This document shows positions 42,806 through 55,949 of a DNA stretch of 64,000 nt, one piece after another (the stretch's first letter is position 1; each line of letters opens with the position of its first letter). The DNA comes from Octopus vulgaris (lineage: Eukaryota). The DNA lies in contig OX597833.1 of the NCBI GenBank assembly GCA_951406725.2, positions 48,422,001 through 48,486,000 of the forward strand, given 5' to 3'. The translations under genes and the position numbers were made by a program. Below the pieces are notes generated by a model. It was not told the origin of the DNA and made no database searches. It was given only the letters and a program-made list of their open reading frames with translations.

Positions 42806-43624
42806 CCCTTTAGTGTTCAGATTATTCTGTCAAATGTGATGTTTGGTTATTTAAAATGGTTTGAATTAATCATGCATTATCTTGTAGTTTAGAGATTTCA
42901 GTGATGTGATTTTTTAGTTTTTGAACGACATGGTAGGGCTGAGGTGAGAGGTGAGATCTGGTCAGTTTATCTGCGGCTTTATATAGCTATGGTAAGACCT
43001 CACCTGGAATTTGCATCACCGGTCTGGAACCCCTATCTTGCCCAGGACATCAATCGTCTGGAAGCTGTTCAGCGACGTGCAACCAAAAGAATACCCTCCA
43101 TCAGGCATTTGCCATATCCTGAACGCCTTACTTCCCTGGGCATGGACACATTGAAACTCTGACGTCTGGCAGCTGACTTGGCAGACACCCATAAAATTAT
43201 CAACCATCGCACAAACAATAACTCTGAGCACCTCTTCAAACTCCACCCATCTAACACCCGTGGACATATTTACAAAGTAAGAAAACAGCACAGCTCCCAT
43301 GACTTCAGGAAACATTTTTTCACGCTGAGAGTTGCTGAAGCGTGGAACAAACTGCCGGCATCGGTTGTTAGTTGTCGGAGCACTGCATCCTTCAAAACTT
43401 CCATGCTTCCTGAGATTCGCCAACACTACACCTTGATTTTCTCCCCTCCATACACACACAAGCATGTTCACTTTCCAGACATTTCTACATTACTGCATGC
43501 ACTTTATATGCACTTTCTGACAAGTTGTGGTGCACCTGAGCACTGTATACAATAATTTCATTATTATTATTATAAAACAGGTTAAATATTTTGGCCAGAT
43601 ATGGACGGTTTGAATGCTGAAGGG
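42806..43624. mobile_element. TTAA-flanked (piggyBac-type) MITE hosting the CR1 insert
   Basis: TTAA|CCCTT(T)AG...CTGAAGGG|TTAA. Confidence 0.6.
42960..43572 (+). mobile_element. 5'-truncated CR1/L2-group LINE (RT C-terminus)
   Basis: LYIAMVRPHLEFASPVWNPY..LEAVQRRATKRI..RKHFFTLRVAEAWNKLP, one internal stop, (ATT) tail. Confidence 0.88.
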
Positions 43625-43879
43625 TTAAAGGTTTGTAGTCTCACCAAACATTACAGCAACAAATGCTGTTTATTTCGATCATTGGCTTAATTACATCTTC
43701 ACTTGTAACAGCTGTACAATTAAACGATTTCGTTTCGAATATCACTTGAAAGTGATATCCGTTTTCAGTATCACTTCAAAGCTGAGAAAATGTGTTCTTA
43801 TAACTGACAAACTAACAGGCATGGGAAACGGAAAAATTGTTCAGAATTGGTCATCCCGTCATTCACTCAGACTCTTTTA

Positions 43880-44660
<781 letters not shown>

Positions 44661-45218
44661 TAGACTGTTCATAATACTTTCAATTATAATAACAATGACA
44701 TTCCTTGCTGCCCACACTGGTTTTGATTTTCAGTTTAAGCTTTGGTTTCTCTTTTCTGAGAATGATAATATTTTTCTTATCTGTTTCAAAGTTGGGGAAA
44801 GTAGAGAGAAAACTAAACTAATTGACCCTTTTGTCATCCTGAGGCTGATTCAAAGCACGAGAAATTCTACTGGGTAATATTCTTTTTAAATGAATCGAAG
44901 ATTTACGCGAATAGATAATTTAGGTGCTAGTTTACTTTATTACATACTCTCTCTTAAATAACTTTAAATATTTAAAATATGTGTTTATGACGCTAAACGA
45001 TGATGATGATCCCCGTAAAATAGCAGTTCAGCAAAAGAGATCGATAGAATAAGTACTAGGTTTACAAAGTATAAGTTCTGGTGTCGATTTGCTCGACTAA
45101 AGGTGGTGCTCCAGCATGGCCACAGTCAAAGGACTGAAACAAGTAAAAAAAAAGAGTATTGTGGAAAATAGTAAAGCATACAGTGCATGCATTGCATACA
45201 TAGACCCTTTGCCCCTGG

Positions 45219-45296
<78 letters not shown>

Positions 45297-45369
45297 CGTG
45301 TGTGTATGTGTGTGTTATGTGTGTGTGTGGAAAAAAACATGCAAAAAAAGAGCATTAAAATGATAATTA

Positions 45370-45730
45370 CTCTTTTACTTGTTTCAGTCATTTGACTGTG
45401 GCTATGCTGGAGCACCGCCTTTAGTCAAGCAAATCGCCCCTGGGGCTTATTCTTTGTAAGCCTAGCACTTACCAGCATCGGTTGTCAAGCAATGTTGAGG
45501 GGACAAACATAGACACACAAACTTATACACACACACACACACACATACACATATATATATATACAACGGGCTTCTTTCAGTTTCCGTCTACCAAATCCAC
45601 TCACAAGGCTTTGGTCGGCCCGAGGCTATAGTAGAAGACACTTGCCCAAGGTGCCATGCAGTGGGACTGAACCCGGAACCATGTTGTTGGTAAACAAGCT
45701 ACTTACCACACAGCCACTCCTACGCCTATA
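45370..45730 (-). mobile_element. SINE family A (internal deletion); a + strand 3' fragment lies at 45010-45150
   Basis: Sequence identity to family A. Confidence 0.8.
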
Positions 45731-45869
45731 ATGATAATAATAGTGATAGTTAATTTTGGGGGTTTAAGAAGGATCTTGATGCAAAGTTTTAGAAGATATT
45801 TTCCACACATTGACAACAGAAAACTTATTCTCATTTTAATAAATGTTTTATAATATTGAATATTTGTAG

Positions 45870-46006
45870 GTCTGGAAAGCATGTCTAAGAATTTCCAAAG
45901 TATTGTCTCTTGTCTTCAAAATAAAACTTATAATTGTTTGGATCAAAGAAAGACCGAATATGATCAAGACTTTGAAGATTTCAAAAGAAAAATACAAGAA
46001 CTCCAT
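45870..46006 (+). CDS. DNAH5: DNAH5-like exon J, phase 1/0
   Basis: ttgtag|GT...CAT|gtttgt. Encodes GLESMSKNFQSIV...YNCLDQRKTEYDQDFEDFKRKIQELH. Confidence 0.92.
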
Positions 46007-46702
46007 GTTTGTTATGAGACTTCCATTTCATTATTTAAAAAAAATATATTTGAAGTTATTTTGTTTTTAGTATTTTTTATACATCATCATCATCATTAGT
46101 GTCATCATCGTTATTTATCATCATCATCATCATCATTATCATCATAATCGTCATCACCATCATTGTTGTTGTAGTCGCTGTCATCATCATTATCATCATC
46201 ATCATGAAGAATGATGATAAAATATTTATAAAAAATTGTCATTTAAGCTTCAATATATATATACTTTATTTAAAAGCAGCAGAAATTCAACAAAACCTGT
46301 TACTCGAAGTTTCACGTTCCTGGGAATGTGAAACTCTGAGTAACAGGTTTTGTTGAATTTCTGCTGCTTTTAAATAAAGCATATTACTCTACCCCTGGTA
46401 TTTGAGTACTCTTTTTTCCACCTTGTTTCACATTTATGTGTTTACTCCGGTATATATATATATATATAATGACCTCGAACACACAAGTGCAAACAAGAGA
46501 GACAGAGAAAGGCAGAAACAAGGAAAATGCCACTTATTTTTGAACTCTACACAAATATTCCTTTAAAAAAACTTTTCTTTTAATTTTTCTAAATTTAATT
46601 ATTTAATCATTACAGTTGAAAAGGTCTCAAAATGACCGAACCGGTACTAAAATGTTCTTTATAAAATTATTTTAGCATTTTCTATCTTGACTTGTTTTCA
46701 TA

Positions 46703-46734
<32 letters not shown>

Positions 46735-46787
46735 GAAAAAACAAGTCAAGATAGAAAATGCTAAAATAATTTTATAAAGAACATTTT

Positions 46788-46823
46788 AGTACCGGTTTCG
46801 GTCATTTTGAGACCTTTTCAACT
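46788..46823 (-). ncRNA. Hammerhead-like motif, U3-A8 core, weak stem I
   Basis: Reverse strand: AG-TTGAAAA-GGTC(tcaaaat)GACC-GAAA-CCGG-TA-CT. Confidence 0.5.
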
Positions 46824-46850
46824 GTAATGATTAAATAATTAAATTTAGAA

Positions 46851-46942
<92 letters not shown>

Positions 46943-47449
46943 TAGATAGATAGATAGATAGATAGAGTGCAAGAAAAACTGTTGAGAAAGAGGGTATTTC
47001 AGACAATCACAATGCAGAAGGATGGGTTCTGTTTAGTCACCAGAAACTAATAACTTTTTTTCACATAATACCCTCATTTGAATTATTAGGAGTGGATGGT
47101 ATTGTCTTACACTTGAAAATTCCAGTTACACTGGATTCTTCAGAATCTAATGTATCAAAAATTTCCAAGTATAATAAATGATACGTCAGCTGCAGGATTT
47201 GACTTCATTAAAAGGTGTGCATGTGTGTATGATGGGGTTATAATCCTAGAGTTTTAATTGCTCAGTAATTTATCCTCTATAACTACAATTTTTTTCTCTT
47301 AGTTCCGTTTAATAATGCACTTCTTGTAATTCGTTATTAATTTTTTTTTAAACTATATAAATGCAGGCATAGTTGTGCGGATAAGAATTTTAATTCGCAA
47401 CCTCATTGTTTGAGGTTCAGTCCCATCATGTGGTACCTGTGAACTAGTG

Positions 47450-49018
47450 TAACACCTCTTATTTTTCGAGCACCTTCTGGAGTATTTGAGCAGTTCATCG
47501 ATTAGAAGGAATTCTTTCTTAGTGATCTACTTGGTTTTTGTCTATTTAGGCTTTTATCCAATTAGTCCTTAATGCTTAATCTTGTGCAGCTACTAACAAA
47601 CTCTCTGTCTCCCACTTCAGCTTTCCTTACTGCAACCACTACTACAGTTTGCTGCAACTGTATTTGGGAATATACCATATAACACCTTCTGCCAGTCAGA
47701 TAATTTCTGTTCCTTTTTTCTGGTTTTTAAGTTCATTTGGGTTTTTGGCTTCCCTGTGTCTTGATGTGACTCTAGCAGCTTTTAATAAACTTTCTCCACT
47801 ATTACCTACAGAGAAGTCTATATCTTGCTCAAGCTAACTACATGCAGTCATCCACTGGTATTAACCCTCTTCTGCCTTCCTTTCTAGGTAGGTATAATCT
47901 TGCTCCCATTCCCTTGGGTGGAGTCCTCTATTCATATTGAATCCCTTCCTAGTTCTTCTATCTAACTTTGCTAATTCAGTTTTTGTCCAGTCTACAAAAA
48001 TTACTGTGTATCTAAGTAATGATACTGCCCAAGTATTTACAGCTTTCACTAGATTCGATCCATCTAGCTTTGGCTTCATTAGCTTCCTCACCCTTCTGAT
48101 GTACTCCTTCTCAATTTTCGTTTTCATTTCTGTAGTTAGTACCTTGTCAGATTCTAATACTCCTATCATCATCATCATTCAATGTCCGTTCTCCATGCTA
48201 GCATGGATTGGACGGTTCGACCGGGGATCTGGGAAGCCAGAAAGCTGCACCAAGCTCCAGTCTGATCTGGCAGTGTTTCTACAGCTGGATGCCCTTCCTC
48301 ATACCAACCACTCCGTGAGTGTAGTGGGTGCTTTTTACGTGCCACCTACACAGGTGCCAGGCGAGGCTGGCAACGGCCACGATCGGATTGGTGCATTTTA
48401 CGTGCCACCGGCACGGAAGCCAGGCAAGGCGGCACGGCACTGGCATCGGCCACGATTCAAATGGTGCTTTTTACGTGCCACCGGCAGGGAAGCCAGTCAA
48501 GGCGGTGCTGGCATCGGCCACGATTCGGATAGTGCTTTTTACGTGCCACCGGCACGGAAGCCAGTCTAGGCGGCACTGGCATCGGCCATGTTCAGATGGT
48601 GCTTTTTACGTGCCACCGGCCACAGGGATCACAACTGCAGTTTCCATTGATTTTGATGTTGGTGTACTTGACTCAATGGATCTCCTCTCCTAGGTACTTA
48701 TAACTCTCTCCTCCTTTCAATGATTTTAATGCCTGGCCATCAGGTAATTGGATGCCTTTGCTGTTGACTACCTGTCCCCTAATATTGCACATTTTTTAAT
48801 GCTAAATTCCATGCTTATATCTTTGCTGAAGAGTCTTACAGTCTGTATTAAGGAATCTATCTATTTTTCATTCTTACTATCAATGACTTTTGGGACACCC
48901 TGTATAATAGCTCATGTATTCCTCTAGTCTTCTCCCTGCAACCTTTCTGTTCTTCTGGCAGTAAATTTTGATTGTCAAGGTACTTGTAAATGTTTTCTGA
49001 AAGCTTTCCTGAAAGCAT
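47450..49018 (-). mobile_element. Decayed R4/Dong-like non-LTR retrotransposon RT, interrupted by family C
   Basis: LLPEEQKGCR..; MEFSIKKCA..YKYLG|VLESD..KEYIRRVRKL..AVNTWAVSLLRY..WTKTELAKLDRRTRK..LHPR. Related fragment at about 790-980 (SDVDHLYLKRNQGDRDL). Confidence 0.75.
48166..48686 (-). mobile_element. Retroposon family C ((GAT)n tail) with an internal minisatellite of about 57 bp
   Basis: GGAAGGGCATCCAGCTGTAGAAAC motif; CTCCTA duplication. Shorter copies at about 2445, 11190, 20105, 23065, 24455, 33070, 39885 and 63925. Confidence 0.8.
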
Positions 49019-49093
49019 TATTATCATCATCATCATAATCATCATCATCATCATCATCATCATTGTTGTTGTTGCTGCTGCCATCGTCATTTT

Positions 49094-49168
<75 letters not shown>

Positions 49169-49172
49169 ATCA

Positions 49173-49223
<51 letters not shown>

Positions 49224-49408
49224 GATGTTTGACTTTTGCTTTACATTTGTACAAGATGGCTCCAAGTCTCACCCAGAGACCTCAAGAGACAACAGGTTGG
49301 AAGCTCATGTTGTTGTTATGCCTAGTGTGCCATATATTTGGTTTTGTATTTAGTGTTGTACTAGTGAATGCTTTAAAAAACATACAAAAATTATGTTTGT
49401 TTTAAAAC

Positions 49409-49464
<56 letters not shown>

Positions 49465-49484
49465 TCTCACATTCATAATTTCAG

Positions 49485-49713
49485 ATGTCTGTTGCTGATT
49501 TCATGGAAAAGAGATTTGAAAGCCACAACAGTTCTCAATTGGCTTTGCAAATGTTGCAGAAATTTGAACAACTAAAACTCCCTAATTTAGGTATCCAAGA
49601 GAAATATCAGCAAATATTACTACACTATGTAAAAGATATTGAAATGGTTTCACGGCTTTATCAAAAGTACAAAAATAATCCACCAGTTACCAGAGATTAT
49701 CCTCTATTTGCAG
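49485..49713 (+). CDS. DNAH5: DNAH5-like exon K, phase 0/1
   Basis: tttcag|ATG...GCAG|gtgata. Encodes MSVADFMEKRF...LPNLGIQEKYQ...PPVTRDYPLFA. Confidence 0.94.
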
Positions 49714-50074
49714 GTGATATTATTTATAATATTGTTTTTTTAGTTTTTTTATTTTATCTATTTAAAAAAAAAAATTTCCTAATTGAATATTTAATATCTG
49801 CAATTCATGTGATAGTTCACTTTAAAAAACATACTGATGATAACTCAGTGCTTTTGGTCTTGAGAAAAGTAAATTTTGTGGGAATTATTGATTTCTAAAA
49901 CCTCCTATGGCATTCTATAAAATCAGATCTAGAATTTAGTCAGGAAATTTGAAGGTGACATGGTGCTGCTTGTCTCATTAGAAAATGTTCTCCAGCATGC
50001 ATCGAATTGGTTCAATGATGAGTGCTGCAATTTGAGAAGCCTTATTTTTTTTTTAATACGCTTTCCCTCTTTTA

Positions 50075-50483
50075 TTCTTTTACTTGTTTCAGTCATTTGA
50101 TTGCGGCCATGCTGGAGCACCGCCTTTAGTCGAGCAAATCGACCCCGGGACTTATTCTTTGTTAGCCCAGTACTTATTCTATCGGTCTCTTTTGCCGAAC
50201 CGCTAAGTGACGGGGACATAAACACACCAGCATCGGTTGTCAAGCAATGCTAGGGGGACAAATACAGGCACACAAACATATACACACACATACATATACA
50301 TATATATATACATATATACGACAAGCTTGTTTCAGTTTCCGTCTACCAAATCCACTCACAAAGCATTGGTCAGCCCGGGGCTATAGCAGAAGACACTTGC
50401 CCAAGATGCCAAGCAGTGGGACTGAACCCGGAACCATGTGGTTGGTAAGCAAGCTACTTATCACACAGTCACTCCTGCGCCTA
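50075..50483 (-). mobile_element. SINE family A
   Basis: Full copy. Confidence 0.85.
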
Positions 50484-50847
50484 TATGCAACTCTGCTTTT
50501 TAAACCTTTCAAAATTTGCCCCTAAGGAACAAAAATTTCACAGAGTTAATTAGCCCCAAAGAATGTGAATTGGTTTCATAGCAAAATGAAATCAAAATGG
50601 TACTGAAATTTCTTTGTTCAGAACAAAATTTGATAACAACTTAAGAGTTCCTAATTGACATCTATCAGCCAGGACTTGCTGACTGATAGAGATTGAAACA
50701 GAATGTCCTGTAGAGCTCCTACAAAACGTTTTTCCCTTAGGGACAGCAAGAATTATTAGGAAGGTTCTAAGTGCTTGAAAGACTACTGAAAACTTTGTGG
50801 ATGCTTAAGATTACAGGTAGTAACCTGCCACCCACATAAATCCTACC

Positions 50848-51070
50848 ACCGTTCAAGAATTTTGACCTGGAGATCTCCATTTCCAGCAACTTCGAGGGCC
50901 ACCTCCCAGTGGTGTTGGGCGTCAATGAAAAGCCCTTGACTACAACAAGACAACCAAAGTTTTTTTTTCTGTTTTTTCTTTCCAAGGTCTGGGGTCTCCC
51001 GCCCCTAAGCCCTAGACCATCACCTAATCACCCTTACCCGTCTTGTTGCTTAACAACAACAACAACAACA
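50848..51070 (+). mobile_element. Retroposon 3' end with (AAC)n tail; inverted copy at 33737-33945 nested in a SINE D
   Basis: Two near-identical copies; AGAA(C/T)TACATT duplication at the nested copy. Confidence 0.7.
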
Positions 51071-51187
51071 ATAAATCCTATCAGGAATAAGACCGATCCT
51101 GAGTCAAGCCAAAAATGATGATGATGATGATGATGATGATAGTAAATTGATAATTCATGAATTATTCACTAACAATTTGTCTTCCAG

Positions 51188-51366
51188 GAAAAATGTCTTG
51201 GGCTAGGCAGCTTTTCTCTCATCTACAAGAGCCCATGGAAGATTTCAAGCAACATAGTGCTATTTTGCAATGTGAAGAGTCTAAAGCTATTATTGTGAAA
51301 TACAACAGAATGGCCAAAGTTTTACTTGAATTTGAAATTCTTTACTATAGAGAATGGCTACATCAG
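51188..51366 (+). CDS. DNAH5: DNAH5-like exon L, phase 1/0
   Basis: ttccag|GA...CAG|gtaaat. Encodes GKMSWARQLF...YNRMAKVLLEFEILYYREWLHQ. Confidence 0.95.
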
Positions 51367-52157
51367 GTAAATAATTTCTTCCTTTCATTCAATTAGTTTT
51401 ATCTGATTTGATTAGAAAAAAAAATGCTCTAATTCTCTAAACTTTGCTGCCTTGTCTAACTTTTAGCGGCTTTTAGTGTAGATCTTTGAGATTATGGAGA
51501 TAATCATATGAACATCTCTATTACATTAAAAATGAACTTCAAAGTTGCTTGCTTGCTTGCAATGTTACACAGCCAAACTGGCACATAATAGGAAAATACT
51601 AGGAATTAAGGTCTTCCTGAAATGTAAATACAGACAGAATAAAATAAGTTTCATGTAAATTGGACCAGTGGTTCTTGAGATATTGGGGGTTTGGGTGGGG
51701 GGATATAAATATCCAAAACAGTGCATAATGGGAAAATACCCCGAAAATAGCTTAACTCTAACCTTTCGATTGGAAACATTAGTGAATTTAACTTGCCAAT
51801 GAAAAAAATATGAGCTGTTTTTTACAGTAAATGATTTTATTTTCACTTTTGATAAACACAATATTTTAATCATTTAGAAATATTTTTAACTGAATGTGAT
51901 TTCAAAAATGTAAGTTGTTTGTACAGTAAGTGTTTATATTTTAGTTTTCTTTAAATAGACAATATTTTAATCTTTTTAAAAATTATTTTCAAGTGAATGC
52001 CATTACAAAACTTTTTTTAGCATATTAAAAAAATATTTTAAAGTGAAAATGACTTTAAAAATACGATAAATATTTTGTAAAAAACCCATGCTTAACCTCA
52101 GTGTGAAATAATTTTTTTCCATAGGTTTATTTCGAGTGCATTTGATGTATCTCACCT

Positions 52158-53034
52158 CCAAAGATTTGGCTGCTATTTCTAGCACACCCTGTTACTATAT
52201 AACAGCTATTTGTGATAAAGAACCCAAAATAGCTGTTATGTTGTAGCAGGGCGTGCAAGAAATAGCAACCAAATCTTTCCTTTACTGGGGAAAGGAGCCA
52301 TTTACATGCATATACTTCATAAGAAGCTGGAATCATTTGTATAATTTCCTACAGTGAATCAGTTATGTATGGACTTCTATACTGAATAGAGAATGGAACA
52401 CTGGAATTAGTAACTAATTTTGTATGTTACCATTCTAAGCTTAAATGTGTCAGTAACAATTATAAGTCATCTTCCTTGTGTTCTTTTAATTTACTAAATT
52501 ATACAAACTTCCCTTCACACAACTGTGTCTGTTTCTAAGCTAAATAATTGATTTATAATTTGGATTACTACAATTAGATGTTTTTTAATACCCTTCTGTT
52601 TATATCTGTCTCTCCATGTCATTATCATTTGTCTCTATATATCTCTTATTGGTCATTATTACAGCAAATGAAACAAAGTACCAGTCTAGTACCGGATTTG
52701 ATGGTATTGAATATCCCTCTATTAAAAAAAATTGCTGACTTTGTACCTAGATTAGAGACCACATTATCACTACAGTTAAATTAACATCGCAGTTATTAAA
52801 TTAAATACCAAAGATTTAGCTGCTATTTCTAGCACGCCTTGCTACCACATAACAGCTATTTGTGATAAAGAACCCAAAATAGCTGTTATGTGGTAGCAGG
52901 GCGTGCAAGAAATAGCAACCAAATCTTTCCTTTACTGGGGAAAGGAGCCATTTACATGCATATTATACTTCATAAGAAGCTGGAATCATTTGTATAATTT
53001 TCTGCAGTGAATCAGCTATGTATGGATTTCTATA
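52158..53034. repeat. Direct duplication of a hairpin-containing unit of about 225 bp (52158-52381, 52808-53034)
   Basis: Two near-identical copies, each with an inverted repeat of about 120 nt. Confidence 0.9.
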
Positions 53035-53080
53035 TTTCCTTTTCTCTTAATCAACTGTCTTTTTATCCTTTCTTTTTCAG

Positions 53081-53287
53081 GTGGAATCTGTAAAGGAGAA
53101 GCTCCAGTCTCCTTTGTTGGTACGCCATCCTAAAACTAAGGAATTATTTGTAAATTTTGATTCCAACATTATGATGATGATCAGGGAAACAGAATGTATG
53201 GCTCGCCTTGGATACATAATTCCACCTTTTGCTTGTATTCTGCGATCCAGGCAAGAAGAATACAAGAGAATATGTAACGGTTTAGAA
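53081..53287 (+). CDS. DNAH5: DNAH5-like exon M, phase 0/0
   Basis: tttcag|GTG...GAA|gtatgc. Encodes VESVKEKLQSPLLVRHPKTKELFVNFD...RETECMARLG...NGLE. Confidence 0.95.
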
Positions 53288-53296
53288 GTATGCTTA

Positions 53297-53680
53297 TCTC
53301 TCTCTATATAAACGGCAGTTTGTCTGTGCGTGTTTCTGTGTGTCTGTTTGCTTGTACCCTCACCCTGACCACGGCTTTCAACCGATTCTGATGAAACTTG
53401 ACACACACATAGCCCAATGTCATAATTCAAAACTAACGCAGCGAAAATTTTGAAAAGTTCCCCCAGTTCTGAAAAAATTGATAAATTCGACATGGGGTCG
53501 AGAATCAGAAACACAAACCACAAACTGTGTAGGGGACGCAACTCCACCTTTTTTAACTATCAAAAAAAAATTTACCATCATTTTTTTCCATTTTTTTGCT
53601 ATTTTTTGGCTATAACTCTCTAAAAATGCTTTATAGTTATTTCCCTTACAAACCTGAGCAACGCCGGGCGATACTGCTAG
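53297..53680 (+). mobile_element. Non-autonomous Helitron-like element
   Basis: A|TCTCTCTCTATATAAA...CCTGAGCAACGCCGGGCGATACTGCTAG|T. Confidence 0.75.
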
Positions 53681-54147
53681 TCATTGATATTTTTGATCAG
53701 ACACTTTCGTTTTAATAACGGGGGCAGTTGACCATATTAATAGGGACGTAGTAAAGGGTGGTCATCACTGAAATTTATTTTAGCTTTCACCCAGTGTATT
53801 GCCCGTGATCTTCACAGGCTTTTCTAGAATTGTATGATTGATGCAGCTGAAGAATTCAGTTTCAGCTTTGGTTGGTGGATTTCTGTAGGAATAAAAAAAA
53901 AAAAAGGGTGAAAGGAAAAGGGATTTCCAGAGGGCTGTTGTTGTGGGGAGGAATGATTATGAAATGAGTTGGTTGTTCATAACTATACAAACTCATTCAT
54001 CCAAGCAGTGGGAGCACCATCAAAATCCCTTATATCTGATAGTTTTCCAATTATAAAAAAGAAGAAACTTCACTACATATCTGGGAATTGAACTCAGAAC
54101 CTACAATCATGAGTCAAACAGTTTACCCACTAGGCCATGTACCTTTA

Positions 54148-54630
54148 TGTGTTGTTGGCATCCTTTTTGTCTCGGGAGACAATGGAGTTGCGCATAAAGT
54201 AGTCTAGTCCGGGTTTTACATTTCATGTCCTGATACATTTCCTGCTGTGGCTGTGTAGTCCTATCCTGGACAAACACTCCCTCTGGCAGGTACCGCATAT
54301 GTAGCGAAGACTGTTCCTGGCTGGTTGTAATGCCATAGTTTCTTGTTGACGTCTTTTCCTGTCTTTCCATTTCTTCTCTCTCTCTCTGTCACTCCTTTGT
54401 ATTCCCCTCTCTTATGGTAGGTCACCAGTCTCCACGGTTGCCGGCAACTGCCTCCCAACCACTAATATTGATGTTGCAGGCCTTCATGTCCCTTTTGCAA
54501 ACATCCTTGTAACGTAAGAGCGGTCTACCCACAGACCTAGTACCCCTAGCAAGCTCTCCGTAGAGTATGTCCTTGGGGATTCTGCCATCTTTCATACGGC
54601 TAACATGCCCAAGCCATCTCATACGTCTTT
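54148..54630 (-). mobile_element. RTE-clade LINE 3' fragment
   Basis: RWLGHVSRMKDGRIPKDILYGELARGTRSVGRPLLRYKDVCKRDMK. Confidence 0.88.
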
Positions 54631-54977
54631 ATGTGTACAGCATAAATTTTGGGTTCAGTTACATTTCTCCTTTTGGTCGGTGTTCTTATCTGTGGCAGTC
54701 CAATTTTTATTATAGAATATTGTTCTAAGGATGTGGATTGAAGTGAAAACATTTTAATAATAGTGAGTTTGTTGAAAGATGTTCAGCAGTTACACAGAAC
54801 AGATCAAGCAAGTATACAAAATGGCCCTTCTGAGGTTTAAATAGTATCACTACCAGACTAACAACCATCACCATTGTCAAGTGAACCTTTATGTGATGAT
54901 TCAACCTGCTAACATAGCAGCTAAATCTACTTCAAACAACACACCCTACCATCTTAAGGGACACATTAGACAATATA

Positions 54978-55768
54978 TTGGGTTGTCTGGAAAGTTCATG
55001 CTGATTTTTAAAGGAAAGAAAAAGGTCAATAAATACTTGCCATTACATTTTTAATCAACCAAATATGAACCATTTTGTTGCACAATGCATCTCCATCTTT
55101 CCTTTAACTTGAAAGTACCCTCTTCCCTGAATTGAGGTGGTTTCATGGCAAAGAATTCATCAAAGTATCTTTTTACAACATCCAAGGAATTGAAATTTTT
55201 ACCATTAACCCTTTCGTTACTGTATTTATTTTGAGATGCTCTGTGTTTCTTTTAATTATTTTAAATATAACAAAGAATTTAGTAAAATAACTTAGTTATC
55301 ATTAAGCTAGTATTAGGAACCTAAATTTTGACTAAGGTTTGGTGGAAGATTTTAATTCAAAACTTATGAAAACATGACATTTGTACTACAGAGCCAGAGC
55401 CGGTTTCAGCCGGGTTGGTAACGAAAGGTTAAGACTATTCTGCAGAGACCTGAATAAGTGAAAATCTGAAAGGAGCAATATCTGGTGAATATGGAGGGTG
55501 GGGTAACACATCCCAGCCGAGCTGCAGCAATTTTTGTCTGGTTGCCAAAGCATCAAGTGCCGAAAATGAACTTTCTTATCTTCCATTTTAAAGGGTTACA
55601 GAATTAACACAGGTTATAGGAACATAAACCTTCTTCCACGAAAAGATAGCTTAAACTGTGCTCTAAATGGAGGTGTAGTCAAATCTTATTTTATGGACTC
55701 AACCATGTTCTAAAATAAGTCGAAAGGTAAGCTACTATAAATCAGCACAAACTTTCTGGACAACCCAA
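54978..55768 (-). mobile_element. Internally deleted mariner (Tc1/mariner) element
   Basis: TA-flanked TIRs of about 30 bp (TTGGGTTGTC(T/C)(G/A)GAAAGTT); MEDKKVHFRHLML fused to HPPYSPDIA..SDFHLFRSLQNSLN-GKNF..RWRCIVQQNGSY. Confidence 0.9.
55209..55428. mobile_element. piggyBac-type MITE nested in the mariner
   Basis: TTAA TSD with TIR CC(C)TTTCGTTAC/GTAACGAAAGG; removing it restores the mariner peptide SLN-GKN. Confidence 0.85.
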
Positions 55769-55949
55769 TAGTTTGAGGTATGCAATGCCTGAAAAATAAC
55801 TGGATTGTCATGGTAGGAATGCCTTTGATCATAGGGCTTCCTATTCAAAGCAAATAATGTTCTAAAAACAAAAACAAATGAACGAAAGCAGAGAAATTCT
55901 TATTTTGTCTGGTAGTCATTCAAAGTTTCTTTTATTTTAAATAATCGCA

